Assembly: GCA_963708015.1 (NCBI GenBank)
Contig: OY970185.1
Location: forward strand, 211,984-275,983
Origin: an uncultured Chloroflexia bacterium
Lineage (GTDB): Bacteria; Chloroflexota; Limnocylindria; Limnocylindrales; CSP1-4
Reading direction: 5' to 3'
DNA: 64,000 bases
Part shown: positions 22,021-30,538 of the stretch, piece after piece
How the letters are laid out: each line of letters starts with the position of its first letter
How positions within the stretch are numbered: position 1 is the first letter of the stretch
Notes under the pieces: generated by a model
What the model was told of the DNA's origin: nothing
The model's database searches: none
What the model saw: the letters and a program-made list of their open reading frames with translations, nothing else
Translations under genes and position numbers: made by a program

Positions 22021-22875
22021 TCACCACCCGCCGGCGTCGCGGATCAGGCGGTGAACGACGCGCGCGGCGACCACCCGGCGGTAGTCTGCCGTCGAGCGGA
22101 CATCATCGATCGGCTCGATCTCCGCGGCAAGGGTGACGAATGCGCTATCGGCCGTGTCGCTGGTTGGCGGTCGGCCCTCGATGGCGGCCTCGGTCGCGGT
22201 CGCCCGGATCGGCCGCTCGGCCACGGATCCGAGGCCCAGCCGAACCGACTCCCAGGGCGTATCGGCCGCGACTGCGACCCAGCTCAGGGCTAGGACGACC
22301 TTGCTGATCGCCTGCGCCCGGCGCGTCCCGATCTTGCGAAAGCGGACCTGGCGATCGGCCACGAGCGGAATCCGGATCCGGACGACGAGCTCGTCCGGCG
22401 CGAGGGCCGTCGTGCGGTAGCCGGTCCAGAAGGCCGCGGCAGGGATCGAGCGTTCGCCCCGGATCGAACCGGCCTCGATCGTCGCGTCGGTGGCCAGCAG
22501 GACCGGCAGCGTGTCGCCGGCCGGCGAGGCATTCGCAATGTTGCCCCCGAGCGTCCCCCGGTTCTGGATCTGGGCCGCCCCGATCGTCGCCGCGGCCTCG
22601 GCCAGGACGGGCAGCAGGTCGTGGCAGACCGCCGAACGGCGAATCTCGGTGTAGGTCGTCAGGGCGCCGAACGTGAGCGCGTCGCCGTCGAGGGCGATCC
22701 CGCGCAGCTCGTCGAGGCGCCACAGGTCGAGCAGCCGGTCGACCGGCGGGCCGGTCCCCGACGAGAGCTGGACGAGGACGTCGGTCCCGCCCGCGAGCGG
22801 CCGGTGGGATGCCGAGGCCAGCAGCTCGTAGGCATCGGCCAGGCGTTCGGGCGAGACAAGCGGCGGCTCGATCAC
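22021..22875 (-). CDS. xanthine dehydrogenase FAD-binding subunit (CoxM/XdhB-like)
   Basis: Only the portion downstream of the GTG at 22875 is protein-like ([19 protein letters not shown]...GGTDVLVQL...[14 protein letters not shown]). The GTG overlaps the Fe-S subunit stop (GTGA). The N-terminal 132 aa of ORF 22021..23271 are wrong-frame. Confidence 0.8.
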   Translation of the reverse strand: MIEPPLVSPERLADAYELLASASHRPLAGGTDVLVQLSSGTGPPVDRLLDLWRLDELRGIALDGDALTFGALTTYTEIRRSAVCHDLLPVLAEAAATIGAAQIQNRGTLGGNIANASPAGDTLPVLLATDATIEAGSIRGERSIPAAAFWTGYRTTALAPDELVVRIRIPLVADRQVRFRKIGTRRAQAISKVVLALSWVAVAADTPWESVRLGLGSVAERPIRATATEAAIEGRPPTSDTADSAFVTLAAEIEPIDDVRSTADYRRVVAARVVHRLIRDAGGW

Positions 22876-23387
22876 GGCTCGATCGCGGCGCTGGCTTCGC
22901 GCCGGCTCGACGCCAGGGCGATCGCGTCGATGATCTTCGTGTAGCCGGTGCAGCGGCACAGGTTGCCCGCGATCGCCTCCCGGATCGCGTCGTCGGTCGG
23001 GGCGGCCCCGGACGCGAGGAAGGCCTCGGCCGACATCAGCATGCCCGGGGTGCAGATCCCGCATTGGGCACCGCCGGCCTCGAGGAAGGCCAGCTGGAGC
23101 AGATCGAGGTCGTCGACCACGGCCGGCTCGACCGCGGTCGGCTGGCGACGCCCGAGGCCCTCGACCGTTCGGACCACGCGGCCGTCGACCTGGCTGATCG
23201 GGACGAGGCACGCGTCGACGACCTGGCCGTCGAGCAGGACCGTACACGCCCCACACTCCCCCTCGCCGCAACCCTCCTTCGTCCCGGTCAGGCCCAGATC
23301 CTCCCGCAGGACATCGAGCAGGCGCCGGACACCGGGCAAATCGAGCTCGACCGGAACGTCGTTGACCCGAAAACGGAGCGCGGTCAC
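22872..23387 (-). CDS. xanthine dehydrogenase [2Fe-2S] iron-sulfur subunit
   Basis: 171 aa beginning at a GTG (VTALRFRVNDVPVE). Both cluster motifs are present: CGEGECGACTV and CGICTPG...CRCTGY. The GTG overlaps the large-subunit stop. Confidence 0.85.
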   Translation of the reverse strand: MTALRFRVNDVPVELDLPGVRRLLDVLREDLGLTGTKEGCGEGECGACTVLLDGQVVDACLVPISQVDGRVVRTVEGLGRRQPTAVEPAVVDDLDLLQLAFLEAGGAQCGICTPGMLMSAEAFLASGAAPTDDAIREAIAGNLCRCTGYTKIIDAIALASSRREASAAIEP

Positions 23388-25831
23388 GTCGAGGCGCCGC
23401 TCGTCCCGGCGCCCGTGGGGCCGGGGGCCGGTGCCAACGGGCCCGCCAGTGCCGCCAGGATTCGTTCCGGGCTGGCCGGCAGCTCGTGGATCCAGAGCCC
23501 GGTCGCGTCGTGGATCGCGGCCACCACGGCCGGCGCTCCGACGTCCATCGGCAGCTCGCCGATCCCCTTCGCCCCGTGCGGCGCCCCGCTGAATGGGGCT
23601 TCGACCAGGATCGTGCTGATCCGCGGGGCGTCGAGCGCGGTCGGGATCAGGTACGTGGCGAGCCGGTCGTTCAGGTAGCGGCCATCGCGGAGCTTGATCT
23701 CCTCGATCGTGGCGTAGCCGACGGCCTGGAGCGTGCCGCCCTCGACCTGGCCCTCGGCCAGGACCGGATGGATCACCCGGCCGACGTCGTCGGCGGCGAC
23801 GACGCTGCGCACGGCCACCTCGCCCGTGTCGAGGTCGACGTCCACCTCGGCGATCGCCGAGGCCCAGCCGAAGGCCGGGTAGGCATCGCCGCGATAGGTC
23901 GTGTCGTCGAAGTCGACCCCCGGATACGGTTCGAAGTGCTGGTCGATCCGGGTCGCCCCGTGGATCCGGGCGTCTTCCGCATAGCGCTGGGCGAACAGTT
24001 CGCCGTTCGGGCTGCGTTGCTCGACCACGGCCCGCAGGCGCCGGCAGGCCTCGATCGCCAGGCCGCCCACGACCATCGCCGTGCGCGAGGCGACGGTCGG
24101 ACCGCTGTCCGGGACCTGGGCCGTGTCCACGTCGGCCAGCTCGATCTCGTCCATGGGCACGCCGAGGGCTTCGGCCGCGAGCTGGGGGAAGATCGTCTTC
24201 GTGCCCTGGCCCATCTCGGTCGAGCCGATCAGGATCCGGATCCGGCCGTCCGCCCCGAGCTCGACCGAGGCGACGGAAGCGAGGTGGACCTCGCCCGATC
24301 CGGTGAATCCGGCGCCATGCCAGGCGAGGGCGAGGCCGATCCCATGGGCGCTCCGAGCCGGTCCCGGCCGGTCGGACCGAGCATCGGCCACCCGAGCGCC
24401 GCCCGCCGGATCGTGAGCAGCCGCCTGGCGGGCCGCCCGCTCGTTGGCCGTGCGCGTCCGGATCCGCTCGTACTCGGCTGCCTCGGCGGCGCGATCGAGG
24501 ACCTCCTCGGCAGCCACGCTCTCGCGCAGGACCTGGCCGGTCGGGGTCGTGTCGCCCGGCCGGTACAGCCAGCGACGGCGCAGCTCGAGCGGTGATGCGC
24601 CCAGGGCCTCGGCGATCCGGTTGACCTGCATCTCGGCGGCGAACTCGGTCTGGGGCGCCCCAAAGCCGCGGAAGGCCCCGTTCGGGGGCGTGTTCGTGGC
24701 GACCGCTCGCGAGGTGATCCGGATATTCGGACAGGCATACGGGCCGCCCGAGTGGAGCGTGCCCCGGGACAGGACGACCGGGCTGAGCGTGCAGTACGCC
24801 CCGCCGTCCATCACGATCTCGATCTGCTGGGCGACCAGCCGGCCGTTGGCCGAGACGCCGCTCCGGTAGCGGACGATCGCCGGATGGCGCTTCGTCGTCG
24901 CCGCGATGTCCTCGTGACGGTCGTAGATCATCCGGACGGGCCGGCCGCAGGCCCGGGCGAGTAGCGCCGCGTGGAGGGCCAGGATCGAGGGGTACTCCTC
25001 CTTGCCGCCGAAACCGCCGCCGGTCTCGGCCTGGATCACCTGGGCCTGTGCGTCCGTCAGGAGGAGCGAGCGCCGGAGCGCCCGGTGGACGTAGTACGGG
25101 CACTGGAGCGAACCGTGGACGGCGACCCCGCCGTCGTCCCTGGGCACCGCGATCATCGCGTTGTTCTCGATGTAGAGCTGCTCCTGGTGGCCGACCCGGT
25201 ACTCGCCCTCGATCACCAGGCTCGCTGCGGCGAAGCCAGCCACGAGATCGCCGGTCTCGATCTCGTAATGGGCGAAGACCTGCTCGCTGAGGAGCGGGTC
25301 GAGGACGGCCGGCAGTGCTTCAGTCCGGACCTGGAGATGGCCGATTGCCTCGCGCAGGAGGTTCCGGTCGGGCGCTGCCACGAGCGCGATCGGCTCGGCG
25401 TGATGGCGGATCTCGGTCTCGACCAGGATCGGCTGATCGTCCTGGATCGAGCTGACGATGTTCGGCCCGGGAATGTCGGCCGCGGTGACGACGACGACCT
25501 TCGACCAGTCGAAGTCCGGGGCCCGCTCGATCCCCAGGAGGCGGGCGTGAGCCTCGGTCGAGCGGATCGTGGCGCCGTACCAGGCACCCGGAAACACCAG
25601 GTCGTCGGTGTAGCGGGCGGTGCCGGTGAGCTTGGCCGGGCCTTCCCGCCGAAGCGGCCCGCGGGGCCTCGCCAAGCCCGGGGTTGGAGCATCGGGCCGA
25701 AGAATCACAGGGGTCGCCGCGCGACCAAGTCGCTCGGTCGCCGGGACCGTCGGCTCACGAATCGCCGGTTCGGCAACCCGTGCCGTGGGGGTCCGGATGG
25801 TCATCTCAGCCCGTACATCCTGACGCCCCAC
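23384..25831 (-). CDS. xanthine dehydrogenase molybdopterin-binding large subunit
   Basis: 815 aa of the aldehyde oxidase / xanthine dehydrogenase a/b hammerhead plus MoCo-binding domains (GGGFGGKEEY; the FRGFGAPQ region). The start could instead be the Met at 25804. Confidence 0.9.
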   Translation of the reverse strand: MGRQDVRAEMTIRTPTARVAEPAIREPTVPATERLGRAATPVILRPDAPTPGLARPRGPLRREGPAKLTGTARYTDDLVFPGAWYGATIRSTEAHARLLGIERAPDFDWSKVVVVTAADIPGPNIVSSIQDDQPILVETEIRHHAEPIALVAAPDRNLLREAIGHLQVRTEALPAVLDPLLSEQVFAHYEIETGDLVAGFAAASLVIEGEYRVGHQEQLYIENNAMIAVPRDDGGVAVHGSLQCPYYVHRALRRSLLLTDAQAQVIQAETGGGFGGKEEYPSILALHAALLARACGRPVRMIYDRHEDIAATTKRHPAIVRYRSGVSANGRLVAQQIEIVMDGGAYCTLSPVVLSRGTLHSGGPYACPNIRITSRAVATNTPPNGAFRGFGAPQTEFAAEMQVNRIAEALGASPLELRRRWLYRPGDTTPTGQVLRESVAAEEVLDRAAEAAEYERIRTRTANERAARQAAAHDPAGGARVADARSDRPGPARSAHGIGLALAWHGAGFTGSGEVHLASVASVELGADGRIRILIGSTEMGQGTKTIFPQLAAEALGVPMDEIELADVDTAQVPDSGPTVASRTAMVVGGLAIEACRRLRAVVEQRSPNGELFAQRYAEDARIHGATRIDQHFEPYPGVDFDDTTYRGDAYPAFGWASAIAEVDVDLDTGEVAVRSVVAADDVGRVIHPVLAEGQVEGGTLQAVGYATIEEIKLRDGRYLNDRLATYLIPTALDAPRISTILVEAPFSGAPHGAKGIGELPMDVGAPAVVAAIHDATGLWIHELPASPERILAALAGPLAPAPGPTGAGTSGAST

Positions 25832-25896
25832 GATGGGACCGGGCTTGCCGGGCTGTCAAGCGTGGCCCTGGGCAGGTCCGACGATGGCGTCCTTGG

Positions 25897-26580
25897 TCAG
25901 AGGCAGCCTGTCGCCGAGCGCGGCGGGATCACCCCCGCCTGGCCCAGTGCAATCGGCAACGGGCCGAGCGTGATCTTGCCCGTATCGACCGTCAGGACGC
26001 CGTTCTCGTCGACCTCCGACCAGAACCGGTCGAGGCTGCGGGGGGCGGGGCCATACTGCTGGCCGAGGACCTTGATCCCGAGGCGGTCGCAGCGCGAGCC
26101 GTGGCAGGGGCATTCGAACCAGAAGTTCGCGGGACAGAAGTTGGGCGTGCAGCCAAGGTGCGTGCAGCGCTGATATAAGGTGCGAACGTTCGTCTCGGCC
26201 CCATCACCGGCCGGGCTGGTCCCAGGCACGAACTCGTAGCGCGAGGGGTCCACCAGGACGAAGAACGCACGAGCGTCCAGGAAGTGCGCCGGAGCCCCCT
26301 GCTTGAAGCTCGGGCCACTGCGGACGTCGAGGTTGGCGGCGACCACGTCGATCTTGCCGATCGTGATCTTGCCCCCGAACCCCCCGGTCAGGTTCGGCCA
26401 GAGGAAGCCGATCGTGCCAACCGTAAGCTCGGTCAGCCACAGCCCGAGCCCGACTCCGAGGGACGTGCGCAACACCTGGCGGCGCGACACGCTCGGAGGA
26501 TGCTGGCGACGGAGGGCCTTGAGGGCTTCGCCGGTCAGGGCCGAGGGCCGGTCCGCGGGTTCGACCTGGTAGTTGCTCAT
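25897..26580 (-). CDS. Rieske [2Fe-2S] protein with a Tat signal
   Basis: The internal Met (MSNYQVEP...) is preceded by GAGGTGAGG. The twin-arginine signal is SRRQVLRTSLGVGLGLWL. Rieske boxes CTHLGC and CPCHGS are present. The upstream 108 codons of ORF 25897..26904 are not protein-like. Confidence 0.8.
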   Translation of the reverse strand: MSNYQVEPADRPSALTGEALKALRRQHPPSVSRRQVLRTSLGVGLGLWLTELTVGTIGFLWPNLTGGFGGKITIGKIDVVAANLDVRSGPSFKQGAPAHFLDARAFFVLVDPSRYEFVPGTSPAGDGAETNVRTLYQRCTHLGCTPNFCPANFWFECPCHGSRCDRLGIKVLGQQYGPAPRSLDRFWSEVDENGVLTVDTGKITLGPLPIALGQAGVIPPRSATGCL

Positions 26581-26644
26581 TCGCCTCACCTCGCTGTGAG
26601 GGTTCCTTACGCCGTCCGGGGTGGACGATCGATCGGGAGTGCCA

Positions 26645-26668
26645 TATGGTTGTCCTATGACAACCATA
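26645..26668. promoter_or_regulatory. perfect 10-bp inverted repeat TATGGTTGTC-ctat-GACAACCATA (candidate operator) in the Rieske gene 5' region
   Basis: Read directly from the sequence at about 26.64-26.67 kb, roughly 65-90 nt upstream of the Rieske ATG on the minus strand. Confidence 0.4.
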
Positions 26669-26928
26669 CCCCAGAGTTGGGGAGGGCGCCCAGATCGATC
26701 CAGGCGTCGCAAACACCACTCGATACGAAGGTGTAATCGGCGACCTAGTCCCGGATAGATCGCCGCGACCGATGAGCAACGAACCTTTGGAGTGTCCCCC
26801 GGGCGGATCATCGATCGACGACCGGGGGCTCCACCCAATCGATCGAACGGGCCGACGGCTCGGCTGACAGGCCGTCGATCCAGACGAGGTGCATCACGAC
26901 ACACGACACGACGGTTCGACGCAGGACA

Positions 26929-27108
26929 TTGTCCGCGCGCCAGTCGCGAATCGCCGCCGGGACGATCAGCGCGATGTTCCTGATGGTCGCGGCGGTCTAC
27001 TGGTTCCTGAGCTATGAGGCTGGCGGCACCACCCTGATCGCGATGGTCGGGCTCACCCTCGGGGTGGGGACGTACGTGTTGCTCCGGGCATCGCTGGAGG
27101 TCATCTAG
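26929..27108 (+). CDS. possible small hydrophobic protein (44-59 aa) missing from the ORF track
   Basis: ATG at 26974 (or TTG at 26929) through TAG at 27106-27108 gives MFLMVAAVYWFLSYEAGGTTLIAMVGLTLGVGTYVLLRASLEVI, two predicted TM helices. It lies in a 600-nt gap between the Rieske and SDR genes. Confidence 0.25.
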   Translation: MSARQSRIAAGTISAMFLMVAAVYWFLSYEAGGTTLIAMVGLTLGVGTYVLLRASLEVI

Positions 27109-27181
27109 CGACCCGTGCTCGATTATGGGCCAACACCCGCAAGCCGGCCGCCGGACAACGTCGCGATCGAGTGACCCTTTG

Positions 27182-27979
27182 ATGATGGGACCCGTGGGTA
27201 GTGCGGGAACGACCCGTTTGGATGGGCTGACGGCACTCGTGACCGGCGGCGACTCGGGGATCGGTCGATCGATCAGCTTGGGCTTGGCCCGTGCCGGCGC
27301 TCGGATCGTCGTCGACTATCACGGCCAAGGCGGGCTGGCCCGGGCGGTCGTCGGTGAGATCGAGGAACTCGGTGGCCGGGCGAGCCCGCTCCAGGCGGAT
27401 GTGAGCGATCCTGACCAGGTCGAGCGCATGATCCAGCACGCCGTGACGACCTTCGGCGGTCTCGACATCCTCGTCAACAACGCCGGTTTGGAGGAGCAGC
27501 ACCCGTTCCTCGAGATGCCCCTGGCGGCCTGGTCGCGGACCATCGCCGTCGATCTGACCGGCGTCTGGCTGTGCTCCCAGAGCGCAGCCCGTCAGATGGT
27601 CGCCCAGGGCCGCGGGGGACGGATCATCAACATCTCGTCGATCCACGAGGACGTGGCGATGCCCACGAACGCACCGTACTGCGCCGCCAAGGGCGGCGTC
27701 CGGATGCTGATGCGGACTCTTGCGGTCGAGCTGGCGCCATACGGGATCACGGTCAACAACATCTGCCCCGGGGCGATCGACACCAAGATGGACGCTCGCC
27801 TGGAACAGGATCCTGACCGGTTCGCGAACCTCCTCGACGAGATCCCCCTTCATCGCATGGGCCGTCCGGCCGAAGTCGCCGACCTGTGCGCCTTCCTGGC
27901 CTCGGACGCCGGCACCTACATCACGGGCGCCTCGTACGTCATCGACGGCGGGATGAGTCGGCAGGCCGGCAGCCTGTGA
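27182..27979 (+). CDS. SDR family oxidoreductase (glucose-1-dehydrogenase-like)
   Basis: Contains ALVTGGDSGIG, NNAG and YCAAKGG. The start was set at the MM of the ORF that begins at 27125. Confidence 0.8.
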   Translation: MMGPVGSAGTTRLDGLTALVTGGDSGIGRSISLGLARAGARIVVDYHGQGGLARAVVGEIEELGGRASPLQADVSDPDQVERMIQHAVTTFGGLDILVNNAGLEEQHPFLEMPLAAWSRTIAVDLTGVWLCSQSAARQMVAQGRGGRIINISSIHEDVAMPTNAPYCAAKGGVRMLMRTLAVELAPYGITVNNICPGAIDTKMDARLEQDPDRFANLLDEIPLHRMGRPAEVADLCAFLASDAGTYITGASYVIDGGMSRQAGSL

Positions 27980-27998
27980 GGCATCGGGCGATCCTCCC

Positions 27999-30527
27999 GT
28001 GATCAGCAAGTCCGCTGGGCCGAGCGAAAAGCCATCGACCTACGCCGTGAGCGACAGCGAGATGGCCCAGGGCAGCACGCTCGGTTCGCCCAAGGCGGTG
28101 GTGATCATCGGCGCGACGGGAGCGATCGAGACGTTCTACTCGATCGATGCCGGCCGAAAGGTCATCGGGACCGTGATGGTCCACCACTGGGACGAGCGCA
28201 CCGGCGTGCCGCTGACGAAGACCCACGGCCATTTCGTCGTCCACCCGTTCCACCAGGAACACTTCCTCGAGCTCTCGAACGGCGTCACCGTGCGAGAGGA
28301 TATCTTCGTGCTGAGCGGCCAGCCCGCCGGCCGGCGGGTCGACCCTCCGGCCGCCTACTACACGATCGAGCTCAACAATCCGACCGACGAACCGGCGGTC
28401 ATTGGAACGTATGCCTCGGCCCGCCTGCGTGGGGACTGCGGCCCGGACATCCGCACGGGCTACCGTCGCGGCCAGCATGCCCTGTTCGCCTGGAACGAGG
28501 CCGAACCAGGGCTCGTACGGAGCTTCGGGTCGTCGACCGTGCCCACGAGCTATGAGACGACGGGCGATCACGGCAAGGCGAGTGCCAGCATCTTTCGAGG
28601 CAAGCTCGCAAACCGCCTGGCCCAGAATGCCGAGGACCCCCTTGGCATCATCCACTTCCGGCATCGCCTCGGCCCGGGCGAGAGTGTCGCGATCCACCTG
28701 ACCATGAGTGTCTCAACCTCCGGTCGAGCGGCCGCCCGGCGGATCCATGGGCGTTGTCCACCGGCCGCCGTGGCACTTCGCCGGACGGCTGCCTACTACG
28801 AAGAGGTCCTCGGCCGAGCCGTGCTGGTCACACCCGATCCTGACGTGAACCGGGGCGTGCTCTGGGCCAAGGCGAACATGCTGCGGACGGAGCTGCTCGG
28901 GCGGACCGGCTGGGCCGTGGTCAATGACCCGACCCGCTCGAACAACAGCGTGGGCCGGGATACGGCCTGGTTCGCCTACGGCTCCGATTACATCACGCCG
29001 GAATTCTCGCGGGCATCCCTGCTGTGGTATGCAACCCACCTGGAGCCCAGCGGCATGGTCGTCGAGTACTACGACATCCGCACCGGCCAGAGCTCCGACT
29101 ATCGGCTGAACATCAACGACAACACCCCGTTGCTGATCCTCGGCCTGTGGCATCACTACAACACGACCGGCGATCGAGCCTTCCTCCGCCAGGTCTATCC
29201 TCGGGCGGTCGCCGCGGCCCGCTACATCCTGTCGCAGCGGAACAAGCAGGGGCTCGTCTGGTGCACGGCGACCGGCACGGGCGACTGGGGCATCGTTGGC
29301 TGGCGCAACGTCATCGCCGGCTATCGGCTGTCGGGCGCGACGACCGAGCTGAACTCCGAGTGCTACGCCGCGCTCGCGGCGGTGTCGAACATGGCCCGGG
29401 TTCTGGGTCGCCACGCTGAGGCTGCGACGTTCAAGGCAGAAGCCACAGCCCTGCGCGATGTGATCAATCAATTCCTGCTTGATCCAACCACCGGCCTGTA
29501 CTACCTCAACATCGACGTCACGGGTGAGGCCCGGACCGACGTCACCGCCGACCTCGTCTTTCCGGTCATGTTCGGCGTCGCCGACGACGAGACGGCTGCC
29601 CAGATCATCAGCCGACTCAGCGCTCCGGCGTTCTGGACCGAGGCAGGGATGAGGACCGTGCCCCGCGACGCGATCGACTACGGGCCGACCCACGGCTACG
29701 GGCTGCTTGGTGGCGTGTGGGTCGCCTTGACCTTCTGGTTCGCCTTCGCGGCAGCCCAATTCAATCCTGAGTTCATGGCGGCGTCGCTCTCGGCCAGCTT
29801 CCGCCATTACGCCGAGAATCCGCGCGGCAACAATACGGTGCCAGGTCAGTTCTCGGAGTGGCTCCACGGCGAGACCCTGGCCAACCACGGGATGATGCTG
29901 TCGCCCTGGTTCCCGCCGCGCTACCTGTGGGCGGCGATCGAGGGCGCGGCCGGGCTCGACCTCTCGGGAGACCAGCCCAGCATCAACCCCCGCCTGGCCC
30001 CGGATTGGGAGTGGCTGGGCGTTCGGAACCTGGCCCTGGCGGGACGGCGGGTGAGCTGGTTCGTGGCCCGCCTGCCTGAGCTGCGGATGTTCGCCACCCA
30101 CCGGTTCGACCAGTCGATGCCGTACGACGCGTACGACGAGGACGTGACGAGCGACCTCCAGGTCATGGGCGAAGGGGTGACCGCGATCGGACTGCGCAAG
30201 GGTGGCCACATCGCCATCCTCGTCGGCAACACGTCGGATCGGACGGTCGCCACCGCCCTGCGCCTGACCGGCCCGATCGTTGGCGGGTATGCGAGCCGGA
30301 CGTTCAACAGTCTGCGCGGCGAGTGGCTCGAGTGGGCCACGTTGGATCCGGCGGACCTGGAGCGCGGGGTCCCGCTCCAGGTCGAGCGCAAGGGCTTCTG
30401 CCTGATCGAGCTGCGCAGGAGACATAGCGGCAGCGCCGCGAGTGCGAGCACGCGGCGGCAGCCTCGGCGATTAGGCGGGCGATACGGACCGGAGGTTCGA
30501 GCGGGGCCGGCGGGCCGCGTGGCGTAG
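27999..30527 (+). CDS. glycogen-debranching-enzyme-like / amylo-alpha-1,6-glucosidase family (alpha/alpha)6-barrel glycosidase
   Basis: 842 aa. The central and C-terminal regions resemble the GDE_N_bis plus GDE_C architecture (GRDTAWFAYGSDYITPEF; DWGIVGWRNVIAGYRLSGATTELNSECY; GYGLLGGVWVALTFWFA). The family call is judged by eye and is not certain. Confidence 0.5.
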   Translation: MISKSAGPSEKPSTYAVSDSEMAQGSTLGSPKAVVIIGATGAIETFYSIDAGRKVIGTVMVHHWDERTGVPLTKTHGHFVVHPFHQEHFLELSNGVTVREDIFVLSGQPAGRRVDPPAAYYTIELNNPTDEPAVIGTYASARLRGDCGPDIRTGYRRGQHALFAWNEAEPGLVRSFGSSTVPTSYETTGDHGKASASIFRGKLANRLAQNAEDPLGIIHFRHRLGPGESVAIHLTMSVSTSGRAAARRIHGRCPPAAVALRRTAAYYEEVLGRAVLVTPDPDVNRGVLWAKANMLRTELLGRTGWAVVNDPTRSNNSVGRDTAWFAYGSDYITPEFSRASLLWYATHLEPSGMVVEYYDIRTGQSSDYRLNINDNTPLLILGLWHHYNTTGDRAFLRQVYPRAVAAARYILSQRNKQGLVWCTATGTGDWGIVGWRNVIAGYRLSGATTELNSECYAALAAVSNMARVLGRHAEAATFKAEATALRDVINQFLLDPTTGLYYLNIDVTGEARTDVTADLVFPVMFGVADDETAAQIISRLSAPAFWTEAGMRTVPRDAIDYGPTHGYGLLGGVWVALTFWFAFAAAQFNPEFMAASLSASFRHYAENPRGNNTVPGQFSEWLHGETLANHGMMLSPWFPPRYLWAAIEGAAGLDLSGDQPSINPRLAPDWEWLGVRNLALAGRRVSWFVARLPELRMFATHRFDQSMPYDAYDEDVTSDLQVMGEGVTAIGLRKGGHIAILVGNTSDRTVATALRLTGPIVGGYASRTFNSLRGEWLEWATLDPADLERGVPLQVERKGFCLIELRRRHSGSAASASTRRQPRRLGGRYGPEVRAGPAGRVA

Positions 30528-30538
30528 CATTCGGGCCG

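Noticed and set aside
22872-25103. A 743-aa minus-strand ORF that would be a single giant protein spanning the xdh region.
   Set aside because: Only its last 171 codons (the 2Fe-2S subunit) are protein-like. The remainder is the wrong frame of the large-subunit gene. A GTG start at 23387 gives a normal-sized Fe-S subunit.
27101-28697. Minus-strand ORFs of 302 aa and 252 aa that overlap the SDR and GDE-like genes.
   Set aside because: They are antisense shadows of well-supported plus-strand genes, with no domain-like sequence.
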